This document shows, one piece after another, positions 36,235 to 55,751 of a stretch of DNA of 64,000 bases. The DNA is from Vitrella brassicaformis CCMP3155 (Eukaryota; Protista; Chromerida), in assembly GCA_001179505.1 (NCBI GenBank), contig CDMY01000624.1, positions 247,519-311,518 on the forward strand. The letters run 5' to 3'. Every line of letters starts with the position of its first letter. Within the stretch, counting starts at the first letter, position 1. The position numbers and the translations under genes were made by a program. The notes under the pieces are model-generated. The model saw only the letters and a program-made list of their open reading frames with translations. It had not been told where the DNA came from and ran no database searches.

Positions 36235-38552
36235 ATGACCTCATCTTCGTCGCACACCACCGGCCTCTCTGGACTGGGTAGGCTCTATCCACCAGATGGC
36301 GGTTGATTCATTCTCTCCCCTCCCTGTGTGTTGTGTGTCATTCATGTGCTTCTCTCCGTCTTGTGATTGACTCTGTCTGTCTGTCTGTCTGTGTGTCAGG
36401 TGTGATTGGCAACGGCACGTTTGGCGCCATCATCGACAAGAGGGGACGATACGTGTGGGCATGTCCTGGTCAGTCAGTCACACAAACATGACAACCACAC
36501 ATCAATCCATCTATGTGTGTGGTTGGGTGTGATTGTGTGTGTGGTCGTGTGTTCAGGTCATTTCGGCAGCGACCCGATCTTCTCGTCGCTGCTCAACAAC
36601 GACTCTGAGGAAACAGGCTTCCAGGACATTGTGCTCACGGGTACGTATCATTGGATGCATTGGATGGGGGCGTCTGGGTGGGGGTGGTGTGAGATACACT
36701 ACACACGGCCATCGGTCCTGACTGCCTGTCTGTCTGTCACCCCCCTCTCTCTCTCTCTCTCTGCGTGTGTGTGTGATAGACTTTGTGTCGTCCCACCAGC
36801 GGTATCTGCCGCACAGCGCAATCCTCTGTACCGCACTCACCAGCGGAGGTACACACACACACATACAGAGGGATGGTACACCTGAATTCGCACACGTGTG
36901 TGTGTGTGTCAGCCAATGACGTGGTGGAGATCCGCGACTTCGCGCCTCGGTTCCAGATCTTTGACAGGATACACTGCCCCTTCCAGGCAAGCAGGGCAAC
37001 CACACACTTGAGGGAGGGAGGGAGGGAGGGAGAGAGGGAGGTGCGATGGGTCCACCCACTTGACGTGTGTGTAGACGTTTCGCATCTTGGAGCCGATCCA
37101 CGGCGACCCCCAGATCACCATCCGGATCAGACCAACCTTCAACTACAACAGCACAGATGGCTTCCAGGTACATCAGACACACAGACAGACAGATGGCCGT
37201 GTGTCTACAAAAAAAGTCTGTGTCTGTGTGTGTATGTGTGTGTGTCGATCGTGATAGACGCGCGGCAGCCACCACATTCGCTACTGCGGTCCGAGGGACA
37301 CATGGCGCGTCACGACCAACGCACCGGTCGGTCATCCAGACAGGCCGTCTGTGCGTATCTCAAATGAAATGGGTGTGTGTCGTCTCTCGTGTGTGTCTGT
37401 GTGTGTGTGTGTGCAGATAGCGTCCATTCTTGAGGAGACCCCCTTTCTGCTGCAGAACAGGCTCTTCATCATCATGGGCACCGACGAATCTCTGCAGGCA
37501 CTGAACTGAACAGCCCACTTAGACACACACACACAGACACACACACACACAAAGGGCGTGTGTGTGTGTATGTGTCCATGTGTGTGTCGCATCGGTATGT
37601 TGGTGTGTACAGTCTCCGATATGCGACGTCTGTCTGGATTTCGAGCGCAAGTGTCTGTCCTACTGGAACGACTGGGTCACACGACTCGCACTGCCCGTCG
37701 AGTACCAAGAGGTTCTCACTGTCATCACACACATCCATCCATCCATCCACCCACACATGGCTGTGTGTGTGTGTCGTGTAGGTGTTGATCCGCGCCTCCA
37801 TCACGCTGGCCGTGCTCAACAGCGAAGACCAGGGCGGACTTGTGAGCTCCCTCACTATGGGCATCCCTCTCGCAAGCGACGCGCCGGCCAGCAAGGTCCG
37901 TCTGCATCTGTGGCATACACACAGCGACACACGTACTTGACCTGCACACGGGGGCGTGTTCTTGTGTTGTGCTATGGTGTGGTGTGGTTAGGATGAGCGC
38001 GTGTGTCGTCTGTACGACGAGTGTCTCTCCCTGTCTGTGCTGCGCAACTTCGGGCTGTTCCCCATCGGCAGGAAGTTCCTGGAGTTCCTCAAGAACCGGT
38101 GCGTTTGAGCACACGGATGTCCTCCACCCACCTGTTGTGTACTCGCCTCTGTGTGCGTGTGTGTGTGTGGGTGTCAGCGTGTTTTCATCCTCCCTGCCGC
38201 AGCTGACTTACGGCATTCACACGGTGCGGACACACCTGCACTTAGATGGGAATGCAGATGTGTGTGTGTGGGTGTGTGCAGGAGACGAGCATCCCGTTGG
38301 AGCGAGCTCGGTATCTGGCGGGCTACAAGGGAATGGGCAGCGTCAACATCGGTACACACACACACATACACACACCGACGATGCTTCACACGTGACTGCA
38401 CTGCACTGCACTGCACTGCACACAACAAACAGGTGGCCTTAGCTCGGGTGACGACCAGCAGCAGGGAGGGGCCGACAAGCAGCAGCCCACACACGACTCA
38501 ACAGCAGCCACCCACCAGCACAATGGTCAGCACACACAACCACACTTAGACA

Positions 38553-38591
<39 letters not shown>

Positions 38592-39701
38592 GAAGGGAGA
38601 GAGAGACAGACAGACTCTGTCTGTCTGCGAGTAGGTGTGATTGTGGAAGGGGGCAGGGGCATGCGGCCTCTGGTCGGGCTGCTCGTCATCGCATTGGCAC
38701 AGGTACACACACACACACACACACACATGCACATGTGTGGTTGCTGGCTGTTGGTTGCTGGTCAGGTGTTTTACGATCCTCGTCTGCTGCCGCTGTCGAC
38801 CCACAAGCTCTTCGAAAGGCTCGAACACCTGGCAGGCGTCGCCTTCAGCGCCTTCATCGAGATGCAGCACGCCATACAGGGCGTACTGCAAGCCGAGAAA
38901 ATTGAGGGTACGCAAGGCAGCAACCGAGCCCTCCCCCATTGTGCATCCAAGCGCATCGATCCGTGTGTGTCGTTGAGGCCATGCAGCAAGCCGCTCGGTG
39001 CGTCCCCCCTCTCACCCAGCACCACCACCAGCAGCGGCAGCAGCACCAGCGGCTGACACATCAGCAGCATCGGCTGCCGGGCCAGAGGGATGGTTCGACG
39101 ATGAACCGCGGTAGGTGGCTGACCAATCAAATCAATCACACGTCGGGAAACACTGACACTGGATGTCGCGGTTGAGTGCGTGTAGGTCTCTGACGGTGTG
39201 GGAGGACGAGGACGACGACTTCTTGCGTCAGATCGAGCACGCCAGAAGCACCATGCAGGCGCTCGTGACCGACATGCACTCCCCCCCACCGCCCCCGCCA
39301 CCCGCACACAACGACACACGACGGTACGGTACACACACCAGTGAGTGGCAAGAGAAGGGAAGCCCGTTCATTGCATGTGTCTGCGTGTGTGTCATTCATT
39401 CCTTCATCACAGGCCTCACTCCCGCACGCCGTTCCCCCCGCCCCCGCCCCCTCCCGCACACCCGCACGCTTACCAACACCCACAGAGGTCTGGTGCGCAC
39501 ACACATCGATCATGACACAACAGGGACGGACGGATGGATGGATGGATGGACGTGTGTTTGTGTGTGTGTGTCTGTGTGCAGGCGTGGCAATGTGGCAAAG
39601 AGGTTGCCATTGGTGCACACCTTCTCGTCTGTGCTGTGCTGGGCGGCGGCTGAGCGGATCGCCCAGGTCTCGGAGAGGCTTGAGCAACACGAGAAGGTCC
39701 A

Positions 39702-39736
<35 letters not shown>

Positions 39737-40752
39737 GGAGAGTACATCCTTCAGTTCCTGACATGAATGTCGTTTGTGTGTATGGTGTGTATTGGATGGC
39801 ATCCATCAATCCCATCAAATCCATCCATGTATCAGAAGCTGCAGTGGTGGAGTCGCGCCAAGTACATGCGGGAGACCATCCTCACACACGCATATAACCC
39901 ACACAGACAGACATTCACCACACACTGGAAGGTAAGCAAATAAACTAACTACTGCCTGGCCTGCAACACACACACATCTCTCTCCCTCCCTCCCTCCCTC
40001 CCTCCCTCTGTGTGTGAAGGGTCACTCGGTCGGCCCGTCGTTGTTGCGTCTGGCCGAGGTGGGCTTCATCAGCGGCAGCGACGTCCGATTCGCAAACACT
40101 GTGCGGGCCTTCGAACAAGACGCAGCCATGACCTGCACCTGCAGCTACAGCGCCCTGGTCAGCGCCAGCCTGCAGCTGCACTGTTCACAGGACCCACACA
40201 CACACGAGCCAGGTGGCAGCAAAGACAGCACCAACAAGCAGCAGCAGCAGCAGCAGCAGCAGAGACAGCGGCCTCCCTTGCTGAACAGCAGCCCGACCAC
40301 TACAGCTGCTGCGGCCTCTCTGTGCGATTCGCTCAAGGCGAGTGCGACGACCTTCACGACCAACACGCTGCTGTGGTACGTCGAGGCGCTGCGGGCGTGC
40401 GGCCGGGCCGTGGAGGCGCGCCTGCTCTTCGACTCACTGCTCAGGTGAGGTGACTGACCTGGCCCCCACACACACAGAGAGAGAAAAACAGAGGGGCACA
40501 CTGCACTTGGGGCATTGCATGCCATCGTGTAGGTCTGCGAATGAGTGCGGTCTGCTCTCTCAGTCGATTGACATGAAGTAAACCAGCCAGCCACACCACA
40601 CAGGGAGGAGGTGTATGTGGGACCGACGTGTGCTGTGCTGTGGTATGTGTGTGTCCACTAGGAGCGGTGAGTTGTGGGGCAACTTCCCCCACGCGGCCAC
40701 CTGCCTGTCGCTCATTCGGTGCGGCACACGGCTCTCCAGGAACTGGAACTAA
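36235..40752 (+). CDS. Glycoside hydrolase family 15 homologue (bacterial-type trehalase/glucoamylase architecture), multi-exon, probably catalytically inactive
   Basis: Spliced peptides follow the GH15 consensus in order: GVIGNGTFGAIIDKRG, DFAPRF, IRIRPTFNY, YWNDWVTRLALPVEYQEVLIRASITLAVL...GGLVSSLTMGIP, RYLAGYKGMGSVNIG, TVWE, HTFSSVLCWAAAER, SLLRLAEVGFISGSDVRFANTV, WYVEALRACGRAVEARLLFDSLL, ANECGLLSQSID, ELWGNFPHAATCLSLI. TAA at 40750-40752. Confidence 0.82.
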
Positions 40753-41084
40753 ATGAACGTCTGTGGCCTGACGAACGGACGCCGTGTGTACAGTACAGTG
40801 TACTTCCACGTATGGATGTGTGTGTGTGACCTCCATCGCTCATCCATTGATTGGTTCATTTGCATGAATAGATCAAGTGAATGTACAGTACACCAAGTGA
40901 AGTGTCTGTGAGCCACCCCACCCACTCCGGTGGGTTCCGTCGTACATACATCCATGATCCATCCATCGATCGCAAAAAAGAGTGAGTGTCACCGTATTGA
41001 TTGCATTCACACACTAATGTGATGTGCCTCATCGATTCGATGGACTGGACAGACCGACTCCGGTTACTGTACTGCAGGCCTCCC

Positions 41085-41842
41085 TCAGTCGTAGTGCAGC
41101 AGCCTTTTCTTCTCCTCAGCGTCCCTGTCCGCCTCGTGCGCCTCTTCCGACCGCCCCTCCGTCCGTGCAGGCACTGCGGCATGCCTCGCGGAGGTCGCTC
41201 TGGACCGCACCTCCCGAAGACCTCCCGCCTCTGTTATTCTTTGTTCAACTGATCGGTTAATACATGTAATGAACAAAGAAAGGCGACAGGAAATGGCCAA
41301 TTCAATTCGTGGAGACTTGACGAGTGACTTGGTGTCGCCTCCGCCTTTGCGAAATCTGCACCCACAGAAGGAAGCGACCCGGTCAGTCAGGCAGGCAAGC
41401 AGGACGGCAATGGATGGTGCACTCACTGCTGGCCTGCGTACTGTACTTGGTGTGCAGATGATGATCGGATTCCTGAAACCCGACCCTGTGTCGCCGAAGG
41501 CGTCTTGAAGGCTGAGAGAGCCATCCAGCCCCTTGTCAACACCCTTGAACGTCACGTCCTCAACGCGCGTGCCGACGGGCGCAAACAGACTCTGCAGCCC
41601 GCGGAGGTCGGGCACATCCTTTGTGATGACGCACGCGGGCTGTTCCAGCCTGTTGACGTGTGATATGAAGCGGTAGATTCCCGACCCCTTGAGCTCAGCC
41701 TGCATGCTCATCGCACCAGCCTCTGCGTCGCAACACACACACATCAAAGCAAGGAGGAAACAAACGGGTGAGTGAGTGAGGCAACGGCAGCGCGTGGGGG
41801 GGAGGGGAGGCTTTTCCCACTCACCATATTGGGCCGGGTCCA
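41085..41842 (-). CDS. Hypothetical small spliced protein
   Basis: Candidate exons MDPAQYG|gtgagt and (cag)EAGAMSMQAELKGSGIYRFISHVNRLEQPACVITKDVPDL...NPIIICTPST|gtacgc. No family recognised; the 3' end is unresolved. Confidence 0.4.
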
Positions 41843-42358
41843 TGACTCTGCTGCGGTGCTGCGGTAGATCTGCAGATCTGCAGGACGGAGGAGGAGATAA
41901 GCAGGTGAAGGGAGATTGGCTGAGAGGCAGATCAACGCGAGCAGATGGAAGCTGCAAATGACGCGCACACCGTCCGCGTGCCTTCTCCAGTGCCTCTCCC
42001 TATGTGGGGCATCTGTTTACTCCAAATTGCGAGCTCCCACGAAAATCCCGCTCCCACGCGTCTCAGCTTTTGTCTGAGCATGAATCCAACCGTCGCACGT
42101 GCGCCACTGCTTCTCACGTACGTAAGACCAACAAAATGAAGTTGTACGACATCTCTCTGTACAGATACCTGCCAAATGACCATCGATATTTCAGCGTCTG
42201 TCTCTGCGTACTACGTACCAATGAATGCAGGTTCGCGTCTGAGGCTCGGCATCCGTCCCGTCGTGCCCAGCACTTCACGGCACCCACCGGAGACGGCCGA
42301 CACCCGAGTCATTACCGACCCCAACAAGCAGCAGAGCCTGTAGAAGCAAGGGAGGCCG

Positions 42359-43410
42359 ATGTTGCGGTTGCCCTTGAGGACGATGATGACACGGGGCTGC
42401 TGCCGAAGGGGTACTACGACGATGAGGGGGTTCAGGTACGTACGGAATGAGTGGGAATTCTGCGGAACTTGCGCGCACACTGTGTCTGTACACATCCATC
42501 TCCCGTACGCTGAGCAGGACTACTACTTCTGCCAGACAGAAAAGCGGATAGTTGGCGAAACGCGGGTCGCGGCGGACGTGTATGGCCTGTGCTGTGTGTC
42601 TTGCTTGGGCGGTTTTGAAGTGAGCCCCATCGGAAAGGTGCGTGACTAATACTCACTCATAGCATCAGGAAAAGCCATGCATTGCATCGTTGATGATCGT
42701 TCTTTGTCCTGGTTCTCCTCAAGGCTATCGGGATGCACCCAGTCGCGTCCTTCTGCCTGGCAGCGCTTGCTGTAGCGATCCAGTTGGCGTTCCTGACCGT
42801 CCTGGACATCAACGTGTGGAATGTGCTCGTCTCAACGCTGGGCGACATGGAGATAACGAGCGAGGACTTGCGGAGAATACGGGAGGCGTTCGATCAGCTG
42901 ATCGAGGCGCAGACGGTGCACCTGACAGAGCAAGACTACCCCATTGATGATCTGATATGCAGTATCGCTGGAGTCGTTGTCCTCATGTTGGTGCTCGGTC
43001 CCGACATTCGTGAGCGTGTCAAGTGTCTCGAGCTGACGGGCTGTATGGCTTTCCCCCTGACCGAGACAATGTGGGCCGACTATGAACTGAGGGTACGCTG
43101 CACAAATGCACCCACCGATGCCTTCGACTGGCTGCTATTTCAAGCACATACCGATTGTTGATTTGTTGACCGCGCGTCTGCCAACCAACCAGATGTCTCA
43201 TCCCACGTGGCGGCCCCTGCTGCCTCACCGGACGCGTTCGATCATCGAGAAAAGCGCAGGATACTTCTACCTCTATCTCGCGGCACTCGCCAACTTCACT
43301 GGTCAGTTCCACGAAGGGAGACACCACAGCCAGTCAGCTTCCGTCCTTTCACATTTCCGACGGCTGGCTGTGTGTCAGGCTTCTGTATGGACTTCTACTT
43401 GGAAGCAATG
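42359..43410 (+). CDS. Multi-pass membrane protein, N-terminal/middle exons (boundaries uncertain)
   Basis: In-frame exons ending 42436, 42518-~42637, 42724-43092 and 43193-~43301. Hydrophobic segments HPVASFCLAALAVAIQLAFLTVL and LICSIAGVVVLMLVLGP. Confidence 0.5.
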
Positions 43411-44358
43411 TGAGCAACTTCCAACGTGGCATCCTCGAGTTCAGTGCGACAATATCACATAGACCAGATGACGCACATTAAGATAAACAGGTCTGAGGGT
43501 GTGTGTCCGTTCAGCGCTCATCCAGATACATGAAACCCAAAACAGATGACATCCATACACTCCAATCCACCGATCGTCACCCCTCCTAAGCTAACACACA
43601 AATATCTGTCCCCTTCCCTCACGACCTCTCCACCTTCCCTCTGTCTGCGACCGCTGTAGGCAACACACACACAGAGAGACAGTCATAGAGAGGCACAAGC
43701 ATGTGTGTATTGCATTGCGGTCCTCACCCAGGGTAACATGCATCTGACCTTTGATTTCTCATCTCTCGTCGCATGTCATTCTGAGACGACCGGCTCCCGC
43801 AGCCTGGCCCAGTTCAGGCTCTGCAATCGGCTGGAATGGTGCGCAAGACCGGTCGAATCGTTTATCTCCCCGATTGGAAACCCTGCCGCAAACTCGACGG
43901 CTATGACCCTGCACTCGAGACGCGAGAGCCGTCTGCCGTGCACCTGTTGGTGGCGCACCATTCCCTCCCCCGCCCCTTCCTCTCTGTGCATGCTCTCCAC
44001 AGACCGATCGGCCGCCACGATCACTTCCGGCCAGACCTTCATGTCGCTACGGTCGGCTGCCAACTGAATGGGGAGAAAATTGAAGACCAGGGGATGATGT
44101 GTATCACGTCTCATATCCGTTTGTATGAGGTTTGTCATACCTTTGCGAGGAAGCAGTGATACTTCTCCAACTTGCCGCCCTGTGCGAAGGAGGAGGGGGA
44201 ATGACATGGGGGACAGAAGCTTCCTTCATTGTACCATACTTCACACACACACACCACACGAATACTTACGTGGCCACCACCACACGATGATGCGCTGGCC
44301 TGCATCACACAACGCAGGGACGGATCATGTCATTCGATTTCACGACGAGGCCCGGTGA

Positions 44359-45207
44359 GTGACATTGACGGACCCCGAACAAGCGCATGTGCCCTTGGCT
44401 CTGTGTCTGTCCCTCAGGGAGACAGTGCAGGACGTCCTGGGTATCTCCTTCCTCACCGATGTGGACGTCTTTCTCTTGCTTGCCCTGCCCATCCTCTCCA
44501 ATCTCTCCGTCCAAGAGGCCAACTGGCGAATCGTGGAGACGCTGCGGCCCTACCCATCGCCGTCGCTACATGCGGACGGCAAATACCAACCTGTGTACCC
44601 CACCAGGCCTCGCTGCAGCCTTAATATTGTCGGCGTGTGGGGGCGCATTCTGCTGGCGTCTCTCATCGGCACTCTCCTGACTCCCCTCTCTCTCCTCGTG
44701 CTGCTCACTGCCGCGGCCATGGCGCGAATCCGCACACGAGACAAGGCCGTGATATATCGATTGAGTGGCGTGAGTGGGATGGTGCTTGGCGCGTTCTGGC
44801 TCGGGTATGAGGCCGTGCAGCTGTGCTTGGATATCTGGCGAGCGCTGCTGACCTCATTCTTTGTCGGGATGCTCATCAGCTACAGCGGCCTGAGCAGTTT
44901 CAAAGCTCTCTCATGGTGGTTCACGACACGGCAGCCGAGCTCGTGGACGGCCAAATTCTCATGGGTGGCGCTGTGGAAGTCGCTGGGTCAGTTCCTGCCG
45001 CTCGGCGTGACGCTGCTGCTTCATGTGGCGACGAATCGGGCTTACTGGTGGGACATATACGAGGAGCGCCTGGAGAGGCAGGGGTTACTGGCGGGTGGCC
45101 ATCCCGGTGCCACCAGCATGGGGCAGGGCGACAGAGAGACCGGGCTGGCTGACGAAAGGACTGGGCTGTTGGCGAGCCAAGACAACGAGCTAGCGGCTGA
45201 GGAGTGA
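44359..45207 (+). CDS. Multi-pass membrane protein ORF (may be the last exon of the 42.4-43.4 kb gene)
   Basis: 282-codon ORF with ~5 hydrophobic segments (e.g. RILLASLIGTLLTPLSLLVLLTAAAM, SGMVLGAFWLGYEAV); no family recognised with confidence. Confidence 0.6.
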   Translation: MTLTDPEQAHVPLALCLSLRETVQDVLGISFLTDVDVFLLLALPILSNLSVQEANWRIVETLRPYPSPSLHADGKYQPVYPTRPRCSLNIVGVWGRILLASLIGTLLTPLSLLVLLTAAAMARIRTRDKAVIYRLSGVSGMVLGAFWLGYEAVQLCLDIWRALLTSFFVGMLISYSGLSSFKALSWWFTTRQPSSWTAKFSWVALWKSLGQFLPLGVTLLLHVATNRAYWWDIYEERLERQGLLAGGHPGATSMGQGDRETGLADERTGLLASQDNELAAEE

Positions 45208-46074
45208 CAAGTGGGCCGGGCGGGTGATTGATTGATTGATACATACGTCGACTAGTTCGCTGAGACCTTAAGGAGCATCAATCAGATCGATCTGTATATG
45301 TGGCTTAAGGTGCATGCAAACAGAGACGACATCTATCGTCACGTGAATGTATGTACAGTCGACGGACACTCACTGGCTTGCGTGAGGTCGCGTGTCTCAA
45401 CACGGTGCTGGAGTGGCTTTGATTGTAGGCAGTGCGTGTGTGCATCGGTCGATCCATGCGTTGTGGTGAGGTGGCTACACATACACAACTACATACTTGA
45501 ATGGCTGGCCGCGTGCCTCCAGTACCTCTGCGCTATCTTCAACTTTTTTTTGCCGCATGGGGGGCCCGTTGCGTGTTGGGAGGTACCGTTGAAGTGAAAG
45601 GGGGACGACCAGACACCTGGTCTACGAGTGTTGGAGACCTCACGAGCATTAGATGAACACACTCATTGGGTTGCTTCGTTGATCTGGTCTGCCCTCTAAG
45701 TAACTGAGCCAAAATGGCACACACACACTCTTGATGCTATGCATCAGACAGACCAAAAAAGGGATCAAAACACTCACGCACTCACGCAGGCCGCAGGCAG
45801 GGGGGCCTCATTCGACCCTGCATGCGTCGGACCCACTGACTGCAGAAGCGATAGAAAGCGCCAAACTGAGCCGCAGATAAGCAGCAAGCAAACAGGAAAG
45901 CAGCTGGGTACCCTCAAGCAAAGCACCCCGGCTCGTCCACCCACCCACGCTGCACAGACACACACCTCTACTGAGACACCACACACAATGAACGGTTGCT
46001 TCGACTGTACACACACGCAATGTAATGCACTCACTACCAAAACTGCCCTATACACACACGCGCACACACACGTG

Positions 46075-53213
<7,139 letters not shown>

Positions 53214-53484
53214 GTAGTAGCCTCCAGTAGCCCAGCGACACAGACAAGTGTGTAAAGGACGGGAGTAGGGTAGCGCGTTAGGCTCTGTGGACGCAACGGG
53301 TGTGAGGAGAGAGGGGACTTCAATTCATTAATCACGCTCGGACAGGATTGGCCAGGATATGACCGTTGTGTGTGCAGTGTACCAGCGGTCTGTGACGTGT
53401 GGGGTTCAGTGAGCGATATTATCTTCACTCACATCGGATCTGACACGAACCACAAGGCTTAGCCCTCACAAGCCTTAGCTCACA

Positions 53485-53808
53485 ATGGAGAAAGAGCGGT
53501 GGGAGCCTGTGGAGCAGGAGAAAAAGCACTTGGACCACCCAGTGGACTTGGAGGAAATGGACTCGGAGCCAGTGGACGATGAGCTGCGAAGCCTTCAGGA
53601 GCTGTTGGAGCTGTTGGCGAAAAAGCACTCGGACCAGCCAGTGGACTTGGAGGAAATGGACTCGGACTCGGAGCCAGTGGAGGATGAGCTGCCAGTGGAC
53701 AAGAACTCGGTGCCAACCATTGAGGAGTTCTTGGAGATGTTGGAGCAGGACTGTGCCAGGAGGAAGGAAGAAACTGACAGGCTGCGGGAGGCAAACAGAC
53801 TCTTGTAA
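53485..53808 (+). CDS. Small acidic intronless ORF (107 aa) with an internal ~99-bp duplication
   Basis: ATG-TAA ORF containing KKH.D.PVDLEEMDS(DS)EPV.DEL twice (from 53521 and 53620); no homologue recognised. Confidence 0.4.
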   Translation: MEKERWEPVEQEKKHLDHPVDLEEMDSEPVDDELRSLQELLELLAKKHSDQPVDLEEMDSDSEPVEDELPVDKNSVPTIEEFLEMLEQDCARRKEETDRLREANRLL

Positions 53809-55225
53809 GTACGTGGGCGAGAGGGAGGGAAGCTTGAGGGAGCCTAGCGACGCATTCACGCACGTCTTGTAATCGATATCTGTCATTCTCTCAGTGACCT
53901 GTACGGGCCAATGGCCACCTTGTTGGAGAAGAAGGGGAGTGGTTTGTATGGCTGGCAGCATCTTCTCAACGGTGATGTCCTCGTGGCGATCGGGATTCGG
54001 TCGCCCCCGTGGACCGAACAAGGGAAGAAGGACGTGTGAGTGGACCGCGTTAACGCGTAGACCTTTGCCGCGCACAGATCGTACCACGGGATGACGTGTG
54101 CGTGTTATGTATCGCGAGCCAGGCTGCCTGCATGGAGCAGACAACGCAGGAAGGTGTTCACGAGCGGGACTCGTTTTTCGATGGAATATTTGTATTTGAT
54201 CATGATGGACCGAGGGAAGGGTGACAGACATCGGTGTGTATGGTTGGTAGGGTGTACAAAACCAAACAGCTGACTGACGCGAGTAGCCCTTGTGAGAGAG
54301 AGGAGACTTCAATTCACAAACGCATGAAGACAGCTGCATACACATGAAGGGTCCACTGTAGGCACGTCCATCCAGCCAGCCAGCCAGCACCGCGACGCAC
54401 CTCACGCACACAGACAGACAGACAGACAGACGCACAGACAGCGACGGAAGCAGACAGGCAGAGGACGGCACACACGCACATGTCAGCCACCCACTCACCC
54501 GAGTGAGCGAGTCGCTGCGAGGTTAAAAAGCGACTCTTGGGTAGGTGGGTGTACGTCACTCATGTTGGGTGGGGTGTGTGGCTCTCTCCTCCATCCATCC
54601 ATCGCACGACAAGTGTATGATACATACAGACAGAGACGATAGACAAAAGGCCACTTTGCTTTGCTCGCAGACAGACAGACACTCATTGATTGGATTGGGG
54701 GGAAATGACGGCACGACGGACGGGTGCTAAGCAGAGAGAGGGAGGGAGAGGGGGGAGAGGGGGTTCAAAAGGCAGGCCGACAGACAGACAGACAGACAGA
54801 CAGAGAGGCTGTGAGATCGATCTCGTCAAAACGGCTGCCTGCCTCCATGCCATCCAATCACTGATGCAGCTCTACTAATCATCCTCCCTCCCTCCCTCTC
54901 ATCTTCCCTGTCTGCCTGCCTGTCTGCCTGCCGTGTGCCGCTCTGCACCCCACACACGACCGAGAAAAAAGCAACGAACCATCCATTCATGCCCCCATCC
55001 TCGGTGCGGCGTATCTATGGCGCCCACAGACAGACTCAGACAGACATACGCACACGCACGCACGTACAGATAGGTACGTCCACTGACTGCACTCCATCCA
55101 TCCATCCATGCATGGGCAGTCAGTAACAAATAAATCACCTTCTCGTCTCGTCGCTAGCTATCCCCCAGTCTCCAGCTACACATCTGTCTGTCTGTGTGTC
55201 TGTGTGTGTGTCTGTCGTCAAGCGG

Positions 55226-55720
55226 CTACCCCAGCTTGAGAGCCCGCTCCCTCCTGATGGTCCGGTTGATGCCGTGCGGCTCGTCGTGCTCAACTGCACA
55301 CACACACACACACACACGCAGTTCTGTGGGAATGGTGCAGCGTGGGTGTGTGTGTGTGTGTTTCTTACGCAGCAGTGCGACGGCGGGGTCATGCCCCTGT
55401 GCATCTGCTTCCGTCACATCCGACCACACGGCATCTGCAGGACAGGACACCCAACACACACAACACATATACACCAACCAGGTCGACACGAGCTGACAGA
55501 CATAGAGATTTGTCGGCTCGCTCACCGTCTTTGAGGAAGCCTTTGGTGCCGTCCAGGTGCCGCTTGAAGAACCGCCAACTGCACACACACAAAACACCAC
55601 ACCCCACATCACACCACATCACATTCAGTTGTGTGTGTGTGTGTACCTTGAGAATTCGCTCTTGGGGAGCTGCAGTTTGTGTCGTATCTTGGCCTTGATT
55701 TCAGACACCCTCTCGCCAGT

Positions 55721-55751
<31 letters not shown>

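Noticed and set aside
53425-54498. 357-aa minus-strand ORF
   Set aside because: It starts in microsatellite-derived sequence, and its repetitive part is the antisense of the acidic plus-strand ORF; no domain recognised.
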